Of a DNA stretch of 35,689 nucleotides, positions 1 to 7,457 are shown one piece after another; within the stretch, counting starts at the first letter, position 1, and each line of letters opens with the position of its first letter. Where the stretch lies: the IMG/VR virus record IMGVR_UViG_3300043443_000316, positions 1-35,689 of that record; one strand, 5' to 3'. The position numbers and the translations under genes were made by a program. The DNA is from a virus (Duplodnaviria > Caudoviricetes). The notes under the pieces are model-generated. The model ran no database searches, was not told where the DNA came from, and saw only the letters and a list, made by a program, of their open reading frames with translations.

Positions 1-14
1 GGTGAACGCTGCAG
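1..14. repeat. Terminal direct repeat GGTGAACGCTGCAG (left copy)
   Basis: Identical to 35676-35689. Confidence 0.95.
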
Positions 15-32
15 ATCGACCTCCGTCTAAAC

Positions 33-518
33 ATGGCAAAATCAAACCAAGTAGCCACCCCGGACAAGCCGAGGTCGATTGCGTCCCTGTGCCGACTGTT
101 AAGGGTCGGGCGCGAGGCGTTACGCATTGCTCTGGTAAACGTCACACCGGCTGGCAAATCAGATGAAGGCCACCCGCTTTGGACCGAGGCCCAATCTCGC
201 GCTGCCCTTGAGGCGGCAGGATCACGTGGGACGATGGGGCCACTGAAAGACCAGAAGCTCCAAGAGCAGATCCGGCAGCTCAAGCTGATCAATGACCGCA
301 AAGCCGGGACGCTTGTCGAGCGCTCACTGGTCGCTGGCGCTTTCGGTCGCATCGCGTCCAAGATTGCCGAGGCTAGAACGCAATCCGAATCCCAGGCTCC
401 GCTCCGCATGGTCGGCAAGGACGTTGCTGAGATCCGCGAGGAGGTGCGCAAGGTCTGGGACGCAATCGGTCATGTGCTGGCTTCCTGCGCGGTTGAGTTT
501 GAAGAAAAACCCAAATGA
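33..518 (+). CDS. Terminase small subunit (Nu1-like)
   Basis: N-terminal HTH-like segment (SIASLCRLLRVGREALR); coiled coil QIRQLKLINDRKAGTLVER typical of Nu1-type TerS; directly after the cos-like site. Confidence 0.75.
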   Translation: MAKSNQVATPDKPRSIASLCRLLRVGREALRIALVNVTPAGKSDEGHPLWTEAQSRAALEAAGSRGTMGPLKDQKLQEQIRQLKLINDRKAGTLVERSLVAGAFGRIASKIAEARTQSESQAPLRMVGKDVAEIREEVRKVWDAIGHVLASCAVEFEEKPK

Positions 519-889
519 ACGAGCCATCCGTCGACTTCGACTTGGACGAGGTAGAGCGCGGCCTAGGCGAGAAGCAACCGCAAGGCTGGAACAACGAGCT
601 TGAGCGCGCAGCCGTCGAGCGTGGCGCTAGGGCGTTTGCATCGCTGGTCTTGCTGTCTACCACGCCAAGCTTTCATGCGCGATACAGTCGGGCTGCCCAA
701 GCTCGCGTAATGATTGCGGTCTACGTCTTGCGAATGCCTGGGCATGAGACCCTGTACTCGCTGGAGCACATCGGCAAACTGTGCGGGATGTCTGGTCAGG
801 CAATTCGCCGAATGGCTGCTGGAGTGGTTAAAAAGCTTGGACTTCCTCCGGGGATCACAAAGACGCATCGACGAAAACGCAACGCCTGA
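515..889 (+). CDS. HTH DNA-binding protein, sigma70 region-4-like; candidate late regulator
   Basis: SLEHIGKLCGMSGQAIRRMAAGVVKKLG resembles the sigma70 r4 HTH; ATGA overlap with TerS. Confidence 0.55.
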   Translation: MNEPSVDFDLDEVERGLGEKQPQGWNNELERAAVERGARAFASLVLLSTTPSFHARYSRAAQARVMIAVYVLRMPGHETLYSLEHIGKLCGMSGQAIRRMAAGVVKKLGLPPGITKTHRRKRNA

Positions 890-908
890 CGGTCAAACCA
901 TCAACGCC

Positions 909-921
909 GTGTTGCGGTTAG
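909..921 (+). promoter_or_regulatory. Putative late-gene regulatory box GTGTTGCGGTTAG (copy 1)
   Basis: Exact 13-bp copy at 9981-9993; both copies are intergenic and start 23-25 nt before a head-gene start codon. Confidence 0.55.
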
Positions 922-933
922 AACATAGGGTTG

Positions 934-1371
934 ATGAACGTAGGCGAATTTTTTGCCCGCGCCACCGCGCTTCTCGGATCCGCCGAGCAGCACGCGTCCA
1001 AGGTCGCGGCACTCACTGGCGAGCGTGACAAAGCGCTTTCCGATCTCTCGTCCGTTTCGCAAGACCGGGACCGGCTCAATGCCGAAGTCCAGCGTCTGAC
1101 TGGCGAGGTCGAGACCGCCAAGGCGTCTGCGTCTGCTGCCGCCAAGACTGCAGAGCAGGCCAATGCCGCCGCTGAAGCGCTGAAGCTTGAGGCAAGCCGA
1201 CTGACTGCCAGTCCGTCCGCCCAGGCTGCCGCGATCCTCGGGACTGTCGGTCATCCGGCTGCCGCCGCCGATTCTGGCGCCTCGGCCAATCCGGTGAAGA
1301 AGACGATCGACCCTACCCTTACGGGGCTGGCGCGCGCCAAGGCCGCCCGCGCCGCGTCCGCCAAACCCTAA
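934..1371 (+). CDS. Capsid scaffolding-like protein
   Basis: Ala-rich coiled coil immediately upstream of the major capsid gene; ATG at 934. Confidence 0.6.
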   Translation: MNVGEFFARATALLGSAEQHASKVAALTGERDKALSDLSSVSQDRDRLNAEVQRLTGEVETAKASASAAAKTAEQANAAAEALKLEASRLTASPSAQAAAILGTVGHPAAAADSGASANPVKKTIDPTLTGLARAKAARAASAKP

Positions 1372-1385
1372 CCAAATAACACACG

Positions 1386-2348
1386 ATGCCAGTTCATACC
1401 CTGCTCGATGTTGCCAAGCTTACCGGCAACGACGTGGCGGTTGGCCTGATCGAAGAGAATCAGACCTTCGCGCCTGAGGTCATGTCCTTCCTGTCTCGGG
1501 TCATTCCGGGCACGCAGTACAAGACCGCAGTCGCCACCACGCTGCCCACCACCGGCTTTACCGCCGCCAACCAAGGCATTGCGCCCAGCCGGTCGACCTT
1601 CGACCAGCGGTTGACCGAGTGCTTCATTTTCCGAGGCGCGGTTGAAATCGACCTTGCTGTTTCGCGAGCCTCCGAAGGTCTCGGACTGCCTGATCTGGAA
1701 ATGATCGAGGCCAGCCGCGTTACGCGTTCAGCGCTGATCACGCTTGGTGGTCAAATCTTCAATGGCACGTCGACCGCTGGCTTCTCCGGCCTAAAGGCGT
1801 TTACGCCTAAGACCGCTGCGTCCGGCACGTCGTCGATCGTCGTCGACGCCACCGGCACGACCTCCAGCACTGCGTCCTCGATCTACGCCGTCAAGTTCGG
1901 CCTTCAGGACTGTCACTTGGTGTTCGGCAACGGAAACACGCTTCAGCTCGGCGAGTTCCGCGACCAGCAGCTTACGGACGGCTCCGGCAACAAGTACGGT
2001 GGCCGGGTCGCTGACCTGACCGCTCATGTCGGACTCCAGTTGGGCAATGTCAACTGCGTGGGTCGAATCCTCAATGTGACTGCCGATTCCGGCAAGACCG
2101 CGAGCGACTCGCTGATCTCGCAGCTGATCGAGAAGTTCCCGGTTGGATACACGCCGGACGTGCTCTTCATGTCGCGCCGGTCTGCCGGCCAGCTTGCCCG
2201 CTCCCGCTCGGTCACGATCTTTAGCCAGGCCGGTGTCGCGCCCAACGCTGCGCGCACCACGCCGAACATCGCGAGCCGCGTGCAGGACTGGGACGGAATC
2301 CCCATCGTGCTGTCCGACAACATCGGCATCACGGACGCGATCGAATAA
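1386..2348 (+). CDS. Major capsid protein (epsilon15/BPP-1-like family)
   Basis: 320 aa; N-terminal TLLDVAK, HK97-fold-like pattern, C-terminal DGIPIVLSDNI; followed by a Bbp16-like gene and a terminator. Confidence 0.85.
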   Translation: MPVHTLLDVAKLTGNDVAVGLIEENQTFAPEVMSFLSRVIPGTQYKTAVATTLPTTGFTAANQGIAPSRSTFDQRLTECFIFRGAVEIDLAVSRASEGLGLPDLEMIEASRVTRSALITLGGQIFNGTSTAGFSGLKAFTPKTAASGTSSIVVDATGTTSSTASSIYAVKFGLQDCHLVFGNGNTLQLGEFRDQQLTDGSGNKYGGRVADLTAHVGLQLGNVNCVGRILNVTADSGKTASDSLISQLIEKFPVGYTPDVLFMSRRSAGQLARSRSVTIFSQAGVAPNAARTTPNIASRVQDWDGIPIVLSDNIGITDAIE

Positions 2349-2375
2349 CGCAACTGCCCGAAAGGAACCAATACC

Positions 2376-2771
2376 ATGCCTCGTCAAACTCAGGACGCAC
2401 TCCTTACGGTCAGCCGTGCGCTGCCCGCCCAAAACACCAATGCCAACTCCTCGTCGATTGACCTGGGTGTGGCGCTGCCTGAATACGTTGGTGAGCAGTC
2501 CGAACTTGTGATCGCTGTTCCGGCGACCACCTGCGCGACTGGTCAGACCATCACGTTTACGATCAACGACAGCGCTGACAACAGCTCCTTCGCTGCCGTC
2601 TCGCAGCTTGCGACGCTGGTGCTCACTGGCGCTTCCAATGCTACCGCCGCGACCACGCGTCGCTGGCGCCTGCCGTCCACGGTTCGCCGCTACGTTCGGG
2701 TCAACATCGCGATGTCGGCGACGACTGGCGATCTGACCGCGATTACTGCTGGCATCCGCCTGGATACGTAA
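2376..2771 (+). CDS. Capsid cement/decoration protein (Bbp16-like)
   Basis: DALL...SSSIDLG and RRYVRV motifs; beta-rich; directly after the major capsid gene. Confidence 0.7.
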   Translation: MPRQTQDALLTVSRALPAQNTNANSSSIDLGVALPEYVGEQSELVIAVPATTCATGQTITFTINDSADNSSFAAVSQLATLVLTGASNATAATTRRWRLPSTVRRYVRVNIAMSATTGDLTAITAGIRLDT

Positions 2772-2808
2772 TCTTACCGCTCGGCCCTTACCGCTCATTG
2801 GTCACACT

Positions 2809-2844
2809 GGGCCGGTCTGCTTATCCAGATCGGCCCTTTTCATT
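2809..2844 (+). terminator. Rho-independent terminator after the capsid operon
   Basis: 11-bp stem GGGCCGGTCTG/CAGATCGGCCC, 6-nt loop, followed by TTTTCATT. Confidence 0.8.
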
Positions 2845-2847
2845 CCT

Positions 2848-3531
2848 ATGAACAGACTCTTGCTGGTTTTGCTTTTCCCGTTGTGCCTGTTTGGCCAAAC
2901 GCGTGCAGTTATCAATACCGGAACGACTGCAAACGACGGAACCGGAGACTCGCTTCGGACCTTTGGGCTGAAATCAAACACCAACTTTGCGACGTTGTGG
3001 GCTTCGGTCTACACCAACGGAGTCACAAAGATTGGGACCAATGTTGTGCTTTCTGGTTCGGTTGTACTTGATGGCAACCTGACCAACAGCTTTGAGCTTG
3101 ATGATGTAAATCAACTCAACCTCGATGGCATCAACACCGACATTGGAGGGGTTCAGACATTGTTCCTTGATGGCGGAATCACAACGCTCAGAGGTGTCAC
3201 AAACCTCAATTTGATCACGCCTGGAGTCACCGCTGGGACGGTCAGCAACGGATACGTCCTGAGGCTTTCCAACAGCACCGAAGGAACGGTTGAGTTTTCA
3301 AACCTTCCTGGTTCAATAATCACCGGAACGGCAACATTGTCATCCGGCGCGGCAACCGTCACGAACTCAAGCATAACCGCAACCAGTCGAATCTTTTTGA
3401 CGACTCAGTCAGTATCTGGCGCTCACGGATATTTGCATGTTATTTCCAGAAGCAACGGAGTAAGCTTTTTGGTCAACAGCAGCAACGGAGGCGACAACTC
3501 AACCTTTGCTTGGATGATTGTCCAACCATGA
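2848..3531 (+). CDS. Virion-type structural protein with predicted signal peptide
   Basis: MNRLLLVLLFPLCLFG signal-like leader; INTGTTANDGTGDSLR..K.N.NF motif as in T4 gp9/gp10-type N-termini; Ser/Thr-rich beta C-terminal domain. Confidence 0.6.
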   Translation: MNRLLLVLLFPLCLFGQTRAVINTGTTANDGTGDSLRTFGLKSNTNFATLWASVYTNGVTKIGTNVVLSGSVVLDGNLTNSFELDDVNQLNLDGINTDIGGVQTLFLDGGITTLRGVTNLNLITPGVTAGTVSNGYVLRLSNSTEGTVEFSNLPGSIITGTATLSSGAATVTNSSITATSRIFLTTQSVSGAHGYLHVISRSNGVSFLVNSSNGGDNSTFAWMIVQP

Positions 3532-3890
3532 GCATGACGACCAAAGGCCAAAGCGTAGATTCAGCAAACCCAATCTACAAAAAGCGCTACGAGGACATCT
3601 CGTTTGCGTTTTCATTTGCCGCGTCTGCTTCAGTAAGCTGGTCTGGATTAATGCTTAAGGGTCAGCTTAGGACGTATGATGACAGGCTGATTTGGGACAG
3701 TGGGACCGTCTCCGCATCTGTTTCTGGGGACGGATCAGCATCGTCAACAATCACTATTCCTAGCGCAACAACCGGGTTGCTTGACGAGGGCACTTACTAC
3801 ATTGACTTCTTTTTTTGGGGTTCGTCGGTAAACAAATCCGCAACCAAGACCTATCTGATTAAACTAGCAGACGGGCCGACTAACCTATGA
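3528..3890 (+). CDS. Hypothetical beta-sandwich virion protein (BppU-like)
   Basis: ATGA overlap; ITIPSATTGLLDEGTYYIDF pattern of baseplate-upper-protein-like Ig domains. Confidence 0.45.
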   Translation: MSMTTKGQSVDSANPIYKKRYEDISFAFSFAASASVSWSGLMLKGQLRTYDDRLIWDSGTVSASVSGDGSASSTITIPSATTGLLDEGTYYIDFFFWGSSVNKSATKTYLIKLADGPTNL

Positions 3891-4267
3891 GCGACGTAAA
3901 TGTCAGCGTGACATACGGCGGTCTCGGGCTCTCTTTTTCTCAATCGCCAGTAACGCTTCCCGTAACAATCCAGACCGTGTCCTCGGTTCAGGATGAGGAT
4001 TCGACATTGATTGGTTGGGTTGCGTCGGAAGCGTATACACTGACATCAGCAACCCGCGATTCCGACGGCGTGATTACAACCGGCACCGTGTCGTGGCCTG
4101 ACGGCAGCACGGGCACGTTCACGCGAACCACGAAGAACGCAACTTTTCTGACTATCGATGCGTATACAGTTACTCATTCCAACAGCGGCAAAACAGCCAC
4201 CCAAACAACTGTAACTAGAGATGCTGAGGGGAATGTAACAGCACAACCCGCAATCACAATCGCATGA
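3887..4267 (+). CDS. Hypothetical Thr-rich virion protein
   Basis: TRD..G..T...V.WPDG..GT.T motif recalled from phage minor tail proteins; coupled overlaps on both sides. Confidence 0.45.
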   Translation: MSDVNVSVTYGGLGLSFSQSPVTLPVTIQTVSSVQDEDSTLIGWVASEAYTLTSATRDSDGVITTGTVSWPDGSTGTFTRTTKNATFLTIDAYTVTHSNSGKTATQTTVTRDAEGNVTAQPAITIA

Positions 4268-5145
4268 GTGCACTTTCATCCGCAGTTGATCCAAACGTAA
4301 GAACGGCCATCCGAAAGGATGGAATTGGAAACGGCCGCATTCGCACAGAGCTTGCGGCTGGAGAGCTTGTGTTTGTTCCGTGGACATATGCGCAAGATGG
4401 TGCAGGGTTGCTTCCGACCTCGAATCCGTTTGCCGCCATGAACGCGGACAAATCAGGCACATACATTTTCATGGAATCTGTGGCCAATGGATTTGGAACA
4501 AACTACGGTTTCTCTGGATATTTTCGCGGCAGATCGTTCGGAGTTCGTTTTGACCCATCAACTACGTCAGCGATTAGCCCAAACGTGCATTCTGATTTTG
4601 GCGTGATGATTGATCGTGTGGGGTATGAAATTCCAAAGCAGGCTTGGAATCCTTATGCTCAGGCAAGACAATCAGACCCATCGGGATCTTACGGAGTAGT
4701 TGTAACGCGAGACCTGTGTGATGGACTCCACCATTTTGAGATTGACCATCGCGTCTTTACTTCAAGCGCAAACGCCACATACGTAATGGGGCTTCTCCTT
4801 GAAAAGGCTGCCGGATATAGGGAGCCGCAGAACTTTGCGATACGTTCCAATCCATACGACGTTGCCACCACCAACACTGCAATTGTTGCGTCTGGATTTA
4901 GTGGCGCATATAGAACGCCACGGGGCATTTTGGAGGCGACATACTATAACACTACAGGGTCTGCAATTACGATCACATGGAGGTTAAACGCTGTCGATTA
5001 CTACGTCTTTAGCCTAGCCGCTGGTGAAAGCAGAACATTCCAGTTTACACTGCCCATTGCTGGTAATCATTTTTCGAGCAGTGCAAATTTTTACCTGCAT
5101 CGCGCATCAGCAACAGGAGTGAAATGCACCGTGGTGGGAGTTTGA
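4264..5145 (+). CDS. Hypothetical beta-rich protein, possibly carbohydrate-binding
   Basis: 293-aa ORF, aromatic and beta-strand rich, adjacent to the SGNH hydrolase. Confidence 0.5.
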   Translation: MSALSSAVDPNVRTAIRKDGIGNGRIRTELAAGELVFVPWTYAQDGAGLLPTSNPFAAMNADKSGTYIFMESVANGFGTNYGFSGYFRGRSFGVRFDPSTTSAISPNVHSDFGVMIDRVGYEIPKQAWNPYAQARQSDPSGSYGVVVTRDLCDGLHHFEIDHRVFTSSANATYVMGLLLEKAAGYREPQNFAIRSNPYDVATTNTAIVASGFSGAYRTPRGILEATYYNTTGSAITITWRLNAVDYYVFSLAAGESRTFQFTLPIAGNHFSSSANFYLHRASATGVKCTVVGV

Positions 5146-5148
5146 TCT

Positions 5149-6162
5149 ATGGATCCAATTATTTACCCAAAGGTTCGAGCTGTTGCGTTTGGCGACAGCA
5201 TCACGCACAATAACACAAACGGTGTCTTGGGAGTCGAGTTTTGGCCAGGCGCTGCTCAGCGTGAAATGCGGACTCAATACGGTCTCGAAACGCTTTTGTT
5301 CCGCAATCTTGGAGCATCCGGCAACACTTCCACCCAATGCCTAAACCGGATTCATTCCGCGTTTCAGTGGCGCGACGGAGGAAGCGATGAATGGCCGATC
5401 TACAACGTGCCGGAAATTGCCTTCGTGATGATCGGAGTAAACGACCCCGGAAACAGCATCACGACCGCGACTACGCAGGCTAACATTGAGGCAATCATCC
5501 GATGCCTCCTGAACCGTGTCGAGGGCGTCGTGTCTGCTGAGGGATCTTTGCCAACGGTAGACGCTGGCCAAACCCTGATCCCGATCGGAACCAGATATTG
5601 GGTCGTGGCGGATGGATCAACCACAGGCGGGATTGCTGACGCGGCAATACCGACCTCCTACGGCCAGCCTGCGCGAGTGACTGGCGCAATCGCGTCCGTG
5701 AAACCGGCAGGAGCGACTACCAACGGCGCGGTCTGGATCAAACGCCGACACGCTTCCGGGGCTGCCGGGTGGTCCCGAATCTCGGACGACTACACGCGGG
5801 GCGTGAAGCAGGTGGTCATCATGTCCACCCAGTTCCTGCCAACCGAAACGCCAGGATCACCGGACTCAACCAACGCGACGCTTCGCACCGCGCAGCAAGC
5901 TGCCGTGACCGTCTCTCAGGCAATTAGCGGCATCGGGTCAACCCGAGCCAAATACCTGAACCATTGGCAGCAGTTCGCCGATGACGTGACGGCTGGCTAT
6001 ATCGCCGACATGAATGCTTTGGTCTACACTACAGGCAACCAGCACTACAACGCTGAAGGCCATCGGCAGATCGGCGTTCGGGTTGCCGACTGGCTTAAGA
6101 CCAATGCTGTGCCTGGCGTTACACCTCAATCAAACTGGGTGGATTACTGGGCCGCGTCGTAG
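5149..6162 (+). CDS. SGNH/GDSL-family hydrolase (esterase/deacetylase) with internal insertion
   Basis: Blocks FGDSIT, NLGASGNT, MIGVND and NQHYNAEGH. Confidence 0.8.
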   Translation: MDPIIYPKVRAVAFGDSITHNNTNGVLGVEFWPGAAQREMRTQYGLETLLFRNLGASGNTSTQCLNRIHSAFQWRDGGSDEWPIYNVPEIAFVMIGVNDPGNSITTATTQANIEAIIRCLLNRVEGVVSAEGSLPTVDAGQTLIPIGTRYWVVADGSTTGGIADAAIPTSYGQPARVTGAIASVKPAGATTNGAVWIKRRHASGAAGWSRISDDYTRGVKQVVIMSTQFLPTETPGSPDSTNATLRTAQQAAVTVSQAISGIGSTRAKYLNHWQQFADDVTAGYIADMNALVYTTGNQHYNAEGHRQIGVRVADWLKTNAVPGVTPQSNWVDYWAAS

Positions 6163-6191
6163 TCTCTACGCAATTGCGAAAAACCAACATC

Positions 6192-6443
6192 ATGAGTAAG
6201 CCGCAAATTGACGAAACAACACGCGTAAACCTGCCTCTGCGATTGCTGTGGGCAATCCTGATTGGAGTCGGATTTGGAGGGTTTTGGCTGGCGGCAACCT
6301 TCAACCACTTGTCTGAGATCAAGCGGAGCATCGCCAGCATTGAGCGCAAGCTGGAGTCGTTCAACACTCGGCTTGAGGACCACGAACGCCGACTGATCAA
6401 GATCGAAGCAAAAACCGGAATCGCAAAATATGACACTCGCTGA
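6192..6443 (+). CDS. Membrane protein with coiled coil (lysis cassette; holin/antiholin-like)
   Basis: One TM helix (LLWAILIGVGFGGFWLAATF) followed by a heptad coiled coil. Confidence 0.6.
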   Translation: MSKPQIDETTRVNLPLRLLWAILIGVGFGGFWLAATFNHLSEIKRSIASIERKLESFNTRLEDHERRLIKIEAKTGIAKYDTR

Positions 6444-6705
6444 AGCTATACCGCTGGCGACCACGGCAAGCCTAGGGCTTGGAGCTTTGGCCAAGTCTTG
6501 GCCGAAGTTTCCAAACGCCTACATCCCGACGCTAGCTGCGATCGCTGGCGCTGTGCTGGTGCCCGCGTTGTGCGGCTGGGATGCGCTCAACGTGGTGTCT
6601 GGCTTTGTCGCTGGCCTCGGCGCAACCGGCATCCATCAGGGCGTCAAAGGCGCAGCGGACGACGTTAAGCGTCGCACCGGAAACACCGAGATCATCAAGA
6701 AATGA
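6430..6705 (+). CDS. Putative holin
   Basis: Three hydrophobic segments; PNAYIP and GLGATGIHQ motifs typical of small phage holins; basic C-terminus. Confidence 0.7.
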   Translation: MTLAEAIPLATTASLGLGALAKSWPKFPNAYIPTLAAIAGAVLVPALCGWDALNVVSGFVAGLGATGIHQGVKGAADDVKRRTGNTEIIKK

Positions 6706-6989
6706 AACGCATTGCACTGATTGCAGCGTTGGCCATGGTTGGTTGCGCTAGATTTAAGACGACCCAGATCGACGAACGAAAGGCACCAGATGGACAGATT
6801 ACCAAGGTCAGCACGATCGTCTCGGCTTCCACGCTCTTCACGTCTCGGTCGCAACTCGCAAACTTCCGAGCCAGCCAAACCGAAAAGCAGCAAGGAGCAA
6901 GCGTCGGAAGCCTCGCCCAGGAATCCAGCGGAACCAACGCAGTCCGAGCCCTCGAAGCCCTCGACTCAATTCTTGGGAAGATCCGCTAG
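6702..6989 (+). CDS. Lipoprotein (possible spanin component)
   Basis: MKRIALIAALAMVG-C lipobox; follows the holin. Confidence 0.65.
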   Translation: MKRIALIAALAMVGCARFKTTQIDERKAPDGQITKVSTIVSASTLFTSRSQLANFRASQTEKQQGASVGSLAQESSGTNAVRALEALDSILGKIR

Positions 6990-7085
6990 GGCGACCGCCC
7001 AGGAGCTTGTCGACGCCGCAGATTCCGGCGTCGTGCCTGAGTGGTTTTCGATGGCCGAAAAGGAAGCGGTTTACAAGCTGATGCG

Positions 7086-7457
7086 ATGAGCATTGCCAAC
7101 ATGACAAGGGCAGGTCTTTCGAGCCTGCGAACGCTTCTGGAGTCGCCGACTTTTATTTGGAAGTCGCTGCCGGTTCCGTGTGTGCCTAATACGCTCGGCG
7201 TTGGATCAATCGTGGCCGATGGCGGCTACGACATGACGGTGTCGCTGACGCTGTTTGTCGATCGCGAAGAGTTCCTGACGGTCGACTCGACATTGATCAC
7301 TATGGATTCCGAACTCTACACCATGGATAACGACCGGCCGACTCCGGTGACGGGCAAGACAATCGTCTATCAGGGATCTACCCGCAGAATCGTCAAGACT
7401 GCGTTTTCGCCTGACAACGTGTACATCATCCTGATGTGTGCTGATGCCAACGCGTGA
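7086..7457 (+). CDS. Head-closure / head-tail joining-like protein
   Basis: About 120 aa, beta-rich, with PVTGKTIVYQG..RRIV pattern typical of gpFII-like stopper proteins. Confidence 0.5.
   Translation: MSIANMTRAGLSSLRTLLESPTFIWKSLPVPCVPNTLGVGSIVADGGYDMTVSLTLFVDREEFLTVDSTLITMDSELYTMDNDRPTPVTGKTIVYQGSTRRIVKTAFSPDNVYIILMCADANA

Noticed and set aside
901-921. Sigma54 promoter, because of TTGC in the late box
   Set aside because: No GG at the -24 position in either copy
1791-2798. Long minus-strand ORFs (1791-2798, 10423-11124, 20629-21273, 27181-28029)
   Set aside because: They are antisense shadows of well-supported GC-rich + strand genes, with Arg-rich, motif-free translations
6169-6178. 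10-bp palindrome CGCAATTGCG before the lysis cassette
   Set aside because: Single short palindrome, expected by chance, and does not fit the TTGC-N6-GCAA operator
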